Source of the DNA: a virus
Taxonomy: Duplodnaviria; Caudoviricetes
DNA length: 64,000 bases
Virus record (IMG/VR): IMGVR_UViG_2974673715_000001
Location: 1 to 64,000 of that record
Reading direction: 5' to 3' (one strand)
A program made the translations under genes and the position numbers. Below are positions 9,345 through 18,731 of the stretch, piece after piece (position 1 is the stretch's first letter; every line of letters begins with the position of its first letter). The notes under the pieces are model-generated. The model was not told where the DNA came from, did not search any database, and saw only the letters and a program-made list of their open reading frames with translations.

Positions 9345-11931
9345 GATACAAGTCTACAAGTTTATTAATCCTGGAGTGGCGACTATCAAAACTCCATCGG
9401 TTGTTGCTGCGAGACAGACTATTCTTGCTCAAAATAGACTTGGTAAGACATTAGAGGGCGTTGGACATACAGTCCTTGACTTAGAAAAAATCACCAACTT
9501 ACGTCTAGGAATACAAAAGAAGGCGGATGAAGCGGAAAGAAGACAGGACCAGAGAGAAAGAGATGCTGAAGCTGAAGAGTTAACAGAGAAAGGTTTATCA
9601 AAATATTTCGATAAAAAGGGAAAAGAGGCAAAAAAATTTAAACCAGATAATAAACTAAAGAGTGCATTTAGTAAAATGTTTGGGTGGGTAGGTCCTCTCC
9701 TATCTCCATTTGTAGATCTAGCAAGAAAAATATTTGGTTTATTTCTAATTAAAGAATTATTAGAGTATACTGCAGATGAAGAAAACTTAAAAAAAATAGA
9801 GACCTTCCTAATGAAGACAGATTTTGTCTTTAGGAAGATATATGGTTTTGGTAAATGGTTAATTAAGGATAATATTGTAGATGGTATTGAGCAATTATTT
9901 GGTGATGATACAACATTATTAGGTAGACTTGGTGGTCTCGGTAAGTTGATGACAGGTATCATTGGGTTGAAATACCTAATGAACCCATTCAGTATTATTA
10001 CTGATATTATCTTTCTAGCAAATCTTATTAGTGCAACTAGATTCATTCCAGGTAAAGGTAGATGTTTACCGAATATTAAAAATTACAAACCTAATTTAAA
10101 AAATAATAAGGTAAACTTGAGAAGGACAATAAGCGGTGGGAAACAGATGAATCCTGGTCCTCTCAGTGGAGTAAGAGAGTGGCTTAGAAAATTTAGAACG
10201 ACTGCAGGTAATAAAGTTACTCAAGGCACTACGACAGGTAAAAACCTTTTTGCAAGACTTACAGATAGTGTAAAGAATGCTGTTAAACCAAATAAAGTTA
10301 CTCAATCAGGCACTGGTAATATTTTTACTAGAGCACTTGATGGTATAAAGAGTAAATTTACAAAACCTAAGGTTTCAGGTAATGTAAAACCCAATCTCAA
10401 TTTAAAGGTAAAACCAAACAATATTATAAAACCCAAAACTATTAAGGTAAAACCTAAAGCGGGTGGAGGACCACTGGGCACCCTGTTAGCGATTGCTCTT
10501 GATATAGGAATTCAAGCGGGATTTGGTTCTATAGAACAGAAAAAATTTGAAAATTACCTCATAAAGTTTGAGGCAATGAGTAAGGAGGAACAATTAAAAG
10601 AAATTCAAAGGAGAACAAAAATAAGAGATTATGCTAAATCAAAAACTTCTGGTGCTTACGGTGTTTTTCAAGAAATTATTACTGGAGGTGGATGGTTAGG
10701 AACGAATTATGATAAACAAACGTTGGAGAGGGAGACTAATTATCTGAAGGCAATGCATCAGATAATGGGAACTGTTGACAGTTCTGCTATGAATGATAAT
10801 GAGTATAAGCAGTTCTATGAAAACTTAAAACCTGAGAACAAGGATACTAGTAAATTTGATGATCTGAATCCTAAAAATGATAAAAAGTGGTGGAACCCAA
10901 CAACATGGTTTAAAGCAGATGGTGGTAAGTTACCAGAGTTCTTTATCGGTGGTTTATTTAAAGCAGTCAAAAATGTAGTTAGTGGTGTAGTTAACACTGT
11001 TACTAACGTTGCAAAAACTGTATGGAATGGAGTTAGTAAGGTTGCTTCAAACCCACTTGTATCTACTGTAGCGTCATTTATTCCTGGTGCTAATATTATC
11101 GTACCTGCTATCAACGCAGTAAATGCACTTAGTTCTGGTGATATCATGGGTGCTGCAATGAATGCACTTGGTGGTATCAGTAATTTTGCTAATATCAATA
11201 CAGTTAATGCTATTAATCAACCTACATGGATGCAAAACTTGAGATTTAGTAAGTTTGGACAAGGTGTCTCAAACATGTATCATGGTGCAGTCAAGGCAGT
11301 AGCTAATATTAGTAGTAGAGTTAATGGTTTCTTTGATATGGCAAGAAATAGCACGATTGGTAAGATTGGTATGCAAGTTTTTAATGGTAATATTGGTGGT
11401 GCTATTGGAACTATAGTGGGTCAAATGCCTGGTTTATCAGGAGGTATTGAGAATTTTGGTAATTGGTTGAAGAAAAATAAATTAGAGGGTATCTTAGGAG
11501 CAGTTCCTGGTCTTGGAGGTTTAGCAAGTAAAGTTCCTAATATATTGTCAATTCCAGGCATGGAATCTATCCTAGGTAAACCAGGCGAAGGTTTTAGTGC
11601 CTTAGGTGCTATTGGTAATATTGCTGATAAAGTTGGTATGAAAGGTGTATACCAAGCTATCATGAGTGGTGTTCAATCTGGAAACTTTATTGAAGGATTA
11701 CCAGAACTTGCTGCAGAAATAGGTGTTGATCCGAGAGTTTTAGGTGTTCTCGACAGAGGACGGGATTTATTACAGAATAATCAGTTCAATGCAGAGTATG
11801 CAATGCAGACTGCTATTGAATTTTTACCTGTTCCGTTGATCGTAGAAAAAATCGTTGCAGCACCTACTCCTGTGCCAATAAATAGCGGTGATACCTACTT
11901 AGTAGCACCATCCTCTACAACTAACAGATAA
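9337..11931 (+). CDS. Tape-measure-like / baseplate-associated structural protein
   Basis: Long helical Gly/Ala-rich protein after gp51; N-terminus similar to next gene (YKF..P). Confidence 0.55.
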   Translation: MAKIQVYKFINPGVATIKTPSVVAARQTILAQNRLGKTLEGVGHTVLDLEKITNLRLGIQKKADEAERRQDQRERDAEAEELTEKGLSKYFDKKGKEAKKFKPDNKLKSAFSKMFGWVGPLLSPFVDLARKIFGLFLIKELLEYTADEENLKKIETFLMKTDFVFRKIYGFGKWLIKDNIVDGIEQLFGDDTTLLGRLGGLGKLMTGIIGLKYLMNPFSIITDIIFLANLISATRFIPGKGRCLPNIKNYKPNLKNNKVNLRRTISGGKQMNPGPLSGVREWLRKFRTTAGNKVTQGTTTGKNLFARLTDSVKNAVKPNKVTQSGTGNIFTRALDGIKSKFTKPKVSGNVKPNLNLKVKPNNIIKPKTIKVKPKAGGGPLGTLLAIALDIGIQAGFGSIEQKKFENYLIKFEAMSKEEQLKEIQRRTKIRDYAKSKTSGAYGVFQEIITGGGWLGTNYDKQTLERETNYLKAMHQIMGTVDSSAMNDNEYKQFYENLKPENKDTSKFDDLNPKNDKKWWNPTTWFKADGGKLPEFFIGGLFKAVKNVVSGVVNTVTNVAKTVWNGVSKVASNPLVSTVASFIPGANIIVPAINAVNALSSGDIMGAAMNALGGISNFANINTVNAINQPTWMQNLRFSKFGQGVSNMYHGAVKAVANISSRVNGFFDMARNSTIGKIGMQVFNGNIGGAIGTIVGQMPGLSGGIENFGNWLKKNKLEGILGAVPGLGGLASKVPNILSIPGMESILGKPGEGFSALGAIGNIADKVGMKGVYQAIMSGVQSGNFIEGLPELAAEIGVDPRVLGVLDRGRDLLQNNQFNAEYAMQTAIEFLPVPLIVEKIVAAPTPVPINSGDTYLVAPSSTTNR

Positions 11932-14732
11932 TGGCAACAGTAAAAAAAGGTGCGAAACTAGATTTTTATAAGTTTGTTGACCCTAATGCGGGAGCAAGCA
12001 CTACTTCTAGAGCTAATGCAAAAGGAGGGAATAGAGAATTAACTACTGTTATAAAGCAAAATACAAGAGCAATTAATAGTATGGGTAGAGTTGTCAATTC
12101 TATTGGCAGCACTATAGTGTCTATAAAAGACGTGCAGATGAGGTTGTTGAAGATAGATGAAGAGAGATTAAAGAAAGCATCATTCGTACCCAAATATACG
12201 AAAAAACAACCTCCTCGTAAAATGAAAGCATTTGATAGTTTATTCAAGGGGAAAATACCAGGTTTCTTTGAATCACTTGCAAAATTAGCAAGTGCGTTGA
12301 TAAAGTTTTTCTTAGTTCTTCCTGCTCTTAAATGGTTATCTAATCCTGAGAATCAAGATAAGGTTGTTAAAGGACTTGAAGTTCTTGCTAAAGTTTTTAA
12401 ATTTATTGCATCTGTTGCTAAATTTGCCTTTGTTAATACTATAGAAGGACTGTACGATCTTTTAAAAGAAGATGCTACATGGATGGAAAGAATAGGTGGT
12501 TTTACGAGAGCACTTGCAGGATTGGGAACCGCATTCTTAGCATTAAATTTTCTTACAAATCCAATGGGGGTTATCAAAACCTTCTCAAGTGTGCTATTAT
12601 TCTTTCACAAGGGTCTCCTTGCTGCCTTTGCCAAACTTGCTACTCATCCTTTGATTGCAGGTGCAGCACTGTTTCTTCTTCCAAAATATGCTGATCAAAT
12701 TCCTGGTTTAGTCAATAAAAATGAGGAAGCGATTGCAGAGGGTTTAGAAACAACAACAAATGAATCTGGTGATACTATCATTGCAGAATCTGATGAAAAA
12801 GCACAAAGAATCGCAGATCTTAAAAAACAAAAAGAAGATCTTTCCCTTCTTGATAGGTTGTTTGGTAAAGGTAAAGAAATTGAAGAGTTAATTTATTACT
12901 TAGAAACTGGTAAAACTAAAAGTTATGGATTTTTTGAAAATGGAGGTTATCTAGATGGTTATGCTAAGGGTGGTTGGATTTCTGGTCCTCAGTCAGGGTA
13001 TCCTGTATCACTAGATGGTAATAAACCTGATTTTATTGGACATGGAACTGAATATGTTGCACAGAAGTCGGATGGTGGTGCATTTATTGTTCCGTTTGAT
13101 ACTCCTGCAACTAAAAAGGATCCTGATCTAACATCTCGAAGAATGACTGAAGCAAGACTTCTAGGATTTTTTGAAGAAGGTGGTGGGTACGATAAGTTTG
13201 CTAAGAGAATGATTAAGATTCATGAGGGTTTCAGTCCAACAGCAATACCTGAACCTAATGGTGGAATGTCTATTGGATATGGTCATTATATTAAACCTTC
13301 TGATAATTTCCCTCCCACTATTAGTAGAGCGTTTGCAAATCAACTGTTCAAACAAGATTATAAAGATCATAAAAACGCTGCTATGAAAATACCTGGTTTC
13401 GGTAAATCTAGTCCTCAACAAAAAGCAGCATTGGTTGATCTAACCTATAATCAAGGTGCAGGTTGGCATACAGGATTCCCCAAGTTCATGGCAGCGTTCA
13501 ACAAAGGTGATTATGAAATCGCAGGAGATGAACTAAAAGATAGTCTTTGGTTTAATCAAGTTGGACGTAGAGGACCTACTATTGTCAATTTGATGAAGAA
13601 TAAAGGTTTGGGAGACGGTATTGGACAATACCTTTTAGATAGAGGTTTAGTAGTCCCTATGGACGAGTCGAAATCAAGTAAAGGATTTGATTGGACATTT
13701 GGATTAGCACAATTTTTTGGTGGAGCACCTGCTGCAGCTGCAACATTAGATTCTAATATCAATGAGAATAGACGTGATGGTATGGAGACTAATACTAAAA
13801 GTGATTCATATAGAGTCGTTCCTACTTCACATGCAGATACAGGTTCTGGATGGGGTATTGAGGGAGTTACCGATAAATTTGGTCGTCCTTTGGTATTCTC
13901 TCAACCTGCTGCTCAAATGTTTGCTAAGATGATGCAAGCATCAAATGGAATGGTAAAAGGATCTGATGTTGCAAGCAGTGGTAGATCACCATCAAAAAAT
14001 AAAGAAGTTGACGGTCACAAAAACTCAGTTCATTTATATGGAGAAGGTATAGACATCTCTGGTTCTTCAAATGCATGGATGAAAAACAATGCTTCTAGAT
14101 TTGGTTGGAATTATGGATACAGTCACGGACCTGGTAGTGGTCACTATGATTATGAGGGTGAAGGTGCAGGTAAGACTCCTATCTTAGGAAAAGCTGGATC
14201 TCCTTCATATTCGTTCATGGATTTACAGAAAGAAAACGCAGGAAGAAAATTACTTGCTTCAAGTAGTCTATCTGGATTAAGTTTATTTGGTAATAATAAT
14301 GATCAACCAGGTTCTGGAAGACCTTTTACTGACATGTTCTCGGAGGGAACATTTGGTAATATGGGAGATTTCTTCACAACCCAAGGGTATCAACCAAACA
14401 TATTTAATTCTCAGAATAGAACGAGGTTTGCACAAAATAATAGTGAACAACAAAGAGTTAAGAAAGTAACTGAACAAAGAAACCAAGCAAGAAGAGAAAT
14501 CAATGCAAAGACTTCGGAGATTGTGCAGATGGCGTTGGCTGCTGTTGAAGCGCAAAATGGTTCCAATAGGCAATTCATTTCGACGGCTGAGTCGGCGATT
14601 AGGAGTTTATTAGGTGCTCAACAAGGTGGAGGTACGTTCGCTAATGTTGGTGGAACAACAGGAACAGTATTACGAACTGCTGTTGCTGTCTTAAATTCAT
14701 TTAATAATCCTTTAAGAGGTATTTTCCAATGA
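11931..14732 (+). CDS. Virion protein with phage lysozyme and M15-like peptidase domains
   Basis: IKIHEG..SIGYGH..AL.DL.YNQG..SLWFNQVGRR; SGRS..SVHLYGEGIDI..W.KNN..FGW..GHYDY. Confidence 0.75.
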   Translation: MATVKKGAKLDFYKFVDPNAGASTTSRANAKGGNRELTTVIKQNTRAINSMGRVVNSIGSTIVSIKDVQMRLLKIDEERLKKASFVPKYTKKQPPRKMKAFDSLFKGKIPGFFESLAKLASALIKFFLVLPALKWLSNPENQDKVVKGLEVLAKVFKFIASVAKFAFVNTIEGLYDLLKEDATWMERIGGFTRALAGLGTAFLALNFLTNPMGVIKTFSSVLLFFHKGLLAAFAKLATHPLIAGAALFLLPKYADQIPGLVNKNEEAIAEGLETTTNESGDTIIAESDEKAQRIADLKKQKEDLSLLDRLFGKGKEIEELIYYLETGKTKSYGFFENGGYLDGYAKGGWISGPQSGYPVSLDGNKPDFIGHGTEYVAQKSDGGAFIVPFDTPATKKDPDLTSRRMTEARLLGFFEEGGGYDKFAKRMIKIHEGFSPTAIPEPNGGMSIGYGHYIKPSDNFPPTISRAFANQLFKQDYKDHKNAAMKIPGFGKSSPQQKAALVDLTYNQGAGWHTGFPKFMAAFNKGDYEIAGDELKDSLWFNQVGRRGPTIVNLMKNKGLGDGIGQYLLDRGLVVPMDESKSSKGFDWTFGLAQFFGGAPAAAATLDSNINENRRDGMETNTKSDSYRVVPTSHADTGSGWGIEGVTDKFGRPLVFSQPAAQMFAKMMQASNGMVKGSDVASSGRSPSKNKEVDGHKNSVHLYGEGIDISGSSNAWMKNNASRFGWNYGYSHGPGSGHYDYEGEGAGKTPILGKAGSPSYSFMDLQKENAGRKLLASSSLSGLSLFGNNNDQPGSGRPFTDMFSEGTFGNMGDFFTTQGYQPNIFNSQNRTRFAQNNSEQQRVKKVTEQRNQARREINAKTSEIVQMALAAVEAQNGSNRQFISTAESAIRSLLGAQQGGGTFANVGGTTGTVLRTAVAVLNSFNNPLRGIFQ

Positions 14733-16159
14733 GTAAAAATTCTTCTAAAGAAGGGACATTAGTTAGAGAACAGGCAGGTCAGATAGAGGTAACTCTATCC
14801 ATTTACAGAAATGGAAAAAGGGTGGAAACTGCAGATGGAGCATATGATTTAGTTACATTTTTAAGAGGATTTGAAATTTATGAAAGTATTGCAAATCCCT
14901 GCATGGAGTGTCGTATTATTTTAGAAGATGCAGGAGGACTTATAGGATCTTTAACAGGAACTGAGGCATTTACTATTCAAGTTAGAACCTCTATCAAAGA
15001 TAGAATTTACAATTTTAGATCCTATCAAATTCAATCAAGAATTAGGACTAGACAAACTAATGAAACATTTTTAGTTAACTGTGTCTCTGACGAATATCTA
15101 ATCAACGAAACGACAAATATATTTGGTAATTCTGAAGTCATTTTCAAGAATGAAACAGAAGCTGGTGCTATCGTAAAAAAATTATTGGGGAAAGAATTTA
15201 TAAAATCTGAGAAAAAATTATATATTGAAAATACTATTAACAAACAATCTTTTATATCTCCAAACTGGAGAGTATTTGATTTAATTTATTGGATGTCACA
15301 AAGAAGTATTCGTAAATCCAGTAAAAAGGGTGTTATGCAAAATGGGTTTGCTTTTTATGAAAATGCACTTGGATTTAATTTTAAATCAATTGACTCTATG
15401 ATTGAGGATATTGTTAATCAAGAAGAAACATCTGAGACAGATGTAGCATCTGGTAAACCAAAACTATACACATATCATTACACACCAAAAAGAATGGGTG
15501 ATCCAGCTTATGATCAATTTAATATAGATCGTATTGCATTTCCTGATGAGAAAAACTTTTTGATGGGTCTAAGACATGGTTCTTGGTCAGGATATAGTGT
15601 TGGTTTTGATCCTGTATTCATCACCAGATCTAAAATGGGAACTAGCACAGATTTATCTGCAGACGCTTATCGCTATTCGTACGCTGAATTATGGAAAAGA
15701 ATGGCACATTTGAATGGTGGTAACGCTCTTAATCCTCAGCAGAGAATGGATAATTTTTCTAAAAATGCTGCTAATTTTCCTAAACGAGTCAGATACTCAA
15801 TGATTCCTAATCAAATTTTTGATGCTAAGTTTCAAAACAACCCTCAAAGAAATTACGAACAGTTAGTTGAATTACAAGCATATCAATGGATGCGTATTGA
15901 ATCATTAAAACAAAATCAACTGACTGTCGTCGTGCCTGGCAATTTTGATTTATATGCGGGTTCGGGGGTTAACTTAAATATCCCATCAACTTATAAAGAG
16001 GGTGACACACCTGAAAGAGATGCTAAATATAGTGGTAGATGGTTGATTGCTGCAGTAGCACATAAGTCAGTAGGTCTTACCTTTCAAACAGAACTTGCTC
16101 TAATGAAAGACTCAGATATTCCGAATCTCTCACAAAACCAAGAGGTATCCATAGCATAA
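14729..16159 (+). CDS. gp27-like baseplate hub protein
   Basis: IYESI, FYEN..GFNFKSID, VPGN..L.AG, KYSGRWLI..V.H. Confidence 0.65.
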   Translation: MSKNSSKEGTLVREQAGQIEVTLSIYRNGKRVETADGAYDLVTFLRGFEIYESIANPCMECRIILEDAGGLIGSLTGTEAFTIQVRTSIKDRIYNFRSYQIQSRIRTRQTNETFLVNCVSDEYLINETTNIFGNSEVIFKNETEAGAIVKKLLGKEFIKSEKKLYIENTINKQSFISPNWRVFDLIYWMSQRSIRKSSKKGVMQNGFAFYENALGFNFKSIDSMIEDIVNQEETSETDVASGKPKLYTYHYTPKRMGDPAYDQFNIDRIAFPDEKNFLMGLRHGSWSGYSVGFDPVFITRSKMGTSTDLSADAYRYSYAELWKRMAHLNGGNALNPQQRMDNFSKNAANFPKRVRYSMIPNQIFDAKFQNNPQRNYEQLVELQAYQWMRIESLKQNQLTVVVPGNFDLYAGSGVNLNIPSTYKEGDTPERDAKYSGRWLIAAVAHKSVGLTFQTELALMKDSDIPNLSQNQEVSIA

Positions 16160-16160
16160 C

Positions 16161-16202
16161 TTGACATCCGCACTTACATTTTTTATAATATAAGTATAAA
16201 TA
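16161..16202 (+). promoter_or_regulatory. Consensus sigma70-like promoter plus T4 late promoter upstream of cp12
   Basis: TTGACA(16161)-17-TATAAT(16184); TATAAATA 16195-16202. Confidence 0.8.
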
Positions 16203-16226
16203 ATTATGTATCAACGAGGTACACAA

Positions 16227-16454
16227 ATGGACACTATAGAACAACACATTCAAAAAGATAAAGATCTAATCGAAAATCCTCTCACATCACCCTCTGCTCG
16301 TAGACACTTTAAACAAGAACTACACGAACTAGAAGAGTATGTAGAGCATCATAAAACTGAAATTGAAGCAGGAGATCATCACGATCCAAACGCACTTGAA
16401 CTGTTTTGTGATCAAAACCCAGAAGAACCAGAATGCCTAGTTTATGACGATTAA
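16227..16454 (+). CDS. cp12: CP12 Calvin-cycle inhibitor
   Basis: C-terminal LELFCDQNPEEPECLVYDD; GAGG RBS before ATG 16227. Confidence 0.95.
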   Translation: MDTIEQHIQKDKDLIENPLTSPSARRHFKQELHELEEYVEHHKTEIEAGDHHDPNALELFCDQNPEEPECLVYDD

Positions 16455-16456
16455 TT

Positions 16457-17167
16457 ATGACAGCTAATATACAGGACTTTGTGACTTTTCCTTATAGTGA
16501 TATGAAATTAAAAGATTTCATTGGTATATGGGAAAAGAAAGTTCCAGATGAATTATGTGATAGAACCATAGATTATATTGAGTCTCAACCACTTGATAAA
16601 AATATTGGTAATGATAACGCATTGAGAGAAGATCGAAGTACGTTTCTTATCGAAACTAAACCAGAGCATAAAGAACGGTTTAGAGAACTTGACGATTACC
16701 TAACCCCTGCAGCAACAGAATATGCAAATACATGGGGTGCTTTAAAGGGTGCGTTTTTAACGAACAGTGAGATTAAATTACAAAAAACATTGCCTTGTCA
16801 GGGTTATCATGTTTGGCATTGTGAAAGAAATGCAATGCAATTTGTAATGAGAGAATTGGTATGGACTATTTACTTAAATGATATGCCTGATGGAGAAGGA
16901 GAAACAGAATTTTTATTTCAAAAATATAGATATCAACCACAGAAAGGGGACATCGTAATCTTCCCTGCATCTTTTACTCATACTCATAGAGGTAATCCTC
17001 CATATACAAGAACCAAATATATTGCAACTGGTTGGTATCTTTACACACCACCTGGCGGTATTCATATGCAAGAAACTGCAGAAAAGGCGGGTATACCAGT
17101 TACTACACTTACTGATCGAGATTGCTATACTACACCTGGTGGTGTTATACAAGAAAAAGACGTATAA
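16457..17167 (+). CDS. 2OG-Fe(II) oxygenase
   Basis: GYHVWHCE, IYLND..GETEF, FPA.FTH.HRG, KYIATGW. Confidence 0.9.
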   Translation: MTANIQDFVTFPYSDMKLKDFIGIWEKKVPDELCDRTIDYIESQPLDKNIGNDNALREDRSTFLIETKPEHKERFRELDDYLTPAATEYANTWGALKGAFLTNSEIKLQKTLPCQGYHVWHCERNAMQFVMRELVWTIYLNDMPDGEGETEFLFQKYRYQPQKGDIVIFPASFTHTHRGNPPYTRTKYIATGWYLYTPPGGIHMQETAEKAGIPVTTLTDRDCYTTPGGVIQEKDV

Positions 17168-17170
17168 ATA
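17163..17170 (+). promoter_or_regulatory. T4-type late promoter
   Basis: TATAAATA just upstream of a structural gene. Confidence 0.7.
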
Positions 17171-17193
17171 CTTTCAAAGTCTAGAATATTCTC

Positions 17194-17898
17194 ATGTCAA
17201 CGATTAATGTAGGATCCGTTCAAGGCAGTCCAACGGTAACAGGTGATTTAACTGTCAGTGGAACAATTAAGTCGTCTGGCGTCCGACACCCATCTGCTAA
17301 CACAGATGCAATTTCTGCTGCTGCGGACGGAACGGTGACTGTGGCAGGTGTTGTTAAGACAACTGCAATTCAAGATTTATCAGGTAATACGCTTGGTGGT
17401 GGTCAAGTTTTACAAGTTGTTCAAAGGGTTAGTAACTCATATGGTGAGTTTGGTAACTCAAGTTATCAGAACAACATTAATAACTTAACTGCTATTGGTG
17501 ATTGGTATATTGACATTACGACTACAAAAGCAAACTCTAAGATTTTGTGTCAGTGGAAAACTAAGATGTATGGTCCTAACACTCAGCACCAATACGTTGA
17601 CTTAAGAAGAAGAATCGGTAGTGGTGGTTTTACTTCATTAGTTGATGCTTATAGATCAAATAGCACTATTGATACATTTGCAGGAATTCACTGGCAAAAT
17701 GGTAACGGTGCTTTTGAAGGAGACTACTTCTCAGCATTCATTGATACACCAAACCAACCTGCAGGTACGTCACTTCGTTACCAACAATACCTTGGAGGTT
17801 GGGCAGGAGGAACTATCGACTTCGGTGGTTGGGATGCTAACAACAACCAAAACGCTCGTGGTATGATTGTTATGATCTGCTATGAACTTGCACCTTAA
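17194..17898 (+). CDS. Short tail-fibre-like virion protein
   Basis: GGQVLQVVQ, IT...ANSKIL, IDTP, terminal YELA pattern; late promoter. Confidence 0.6.
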   Translation: MSTINVGSVQGSPTVTGDLTVSGTIKSSGVRHPSANTDAISAAADGTVTVAGVVKTTAIQDLSGNTLGGGQVLQVVQRVSNSYGEFGNSSYQNNINNLTAIGDWYIDITTTKANSKILCQWKTKMYGPNTQHQYVDLRRRIGSGGFTSLVDAYRSNSTIDTFAGIHWQNGNGAFEGDYFSAFIDTPNQPAGTSLRYQQYLGGWAGGTIDFGGWDANNNQNARGMIVMICYELAP

Positions 17899-17910
17899 TT
17901 TTTAATTACA

Positions 17911-18255
17911 ATGACACTTCCAGTTCAAAACGTTAAAACTCCATCTTACGGTTCTGCAATTAGAAAGTTAAGACCTGATAGCGTATGGATTATCTATGAA
18001 AACGATCTATCAACTCTTGAGTGGTCTTCTGAAAATTCATTGCCTAGACCTACTGATGCTGAAATCACTGCTGAACTTGACATTCAAATGGCAGATTTCA
18101 ATGCTAAACAATATCAACGTGATAGACAACCTGAGTATCCAGATTTGAAATCACAGTTAGACATGTTGTATCATGACATCAAGGACGGTAAGTTAGATAG
18201 TGGCACATGGATAGCAGCAGTTGAAGCAGTAAAAGCAAAACATCCTAAACCTTGA
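17911..18255 (+). CDS. XkdW-like fibre-associated protein
   Basis: AI..LRP, PT.AEI, YQRDR..EYP....QLD.LYHD, VKAKHPKP. Confidence 0.65.
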   Translation: MTLPVQNVKTPSYGSAIRKLRPDSVWIIYENDLSTLEWSSENSLPRPTDAEITAELDIQMADFNAKQYQRDRQPEYPDLKSQLDMLYHDIKDGKLDSGTWIAAVEAVKAKHPKP

Positions 18256-18710
18256 TGATTGACGATTATATTATAGGACACTGGACAAATAGATATCAAG
18301 CACAATCAGCACCTCACCATTTCTCTACTGTTGAAACTATATGGGAAAAGGTAGAGGGTGGTTATCATTCAAAGAATTTTTATAGAAGAGACGGTGCTAA
18401 TAAACCATATAGAGAAAGATATCACAAGGTTAATGTAATATCCTTTGATAAATTAATTTTTGAAAATTATAACTTAGACTGGACAAGATCAGAGAATTGT
18501 GATATGATATTCACATTCGATGGTGAAGCATGGCATGGACACCTAGTAGGGGATAAATGCACTGGTGCCAAAGGATATAAGATTGTATCTGAGATCACTC
18601 TTTACGGGAATCGACTGCATAGTATGGATCAAGGATATGATGATAAAGGTAACATGGTATGGGGTAGTGAGGGCATTTATAAATTCACTCGCTGTATCGA
18701 CCCTAAATAA
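18252..18710 (+). CDS. cpeT: T-type phycobilin lyase (CpcT/CpeT family)
   Basis: GHWTNR.QA, PYRER, CDMIF, SMDQGYD..G.MVWGS..YKF. Confidence 0.88.
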   Translation: MMIDDYIIGHWTNRYQAQSAPHHFSTVETIWEKVEGGYHSKNFYRRDGANKPYRERYHKVNVISFDKLIFENYNLDWTRSENCDMIFTFDGEAWHGHLVGDKCTGAKGYKIVSEITLYGNRLHSMDQGYDDKGNMVWGSEGIYKFTRCIDPK

Positions 18711-18731
18711 ACTTGTAGCAATCTCAAAAAT

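Noticed and set aside
9429-14573. Multiple minus-strand ORFs up to 205 aa
   Set aside because: Antisense shadows of long structural genes; no RBS or family motifs
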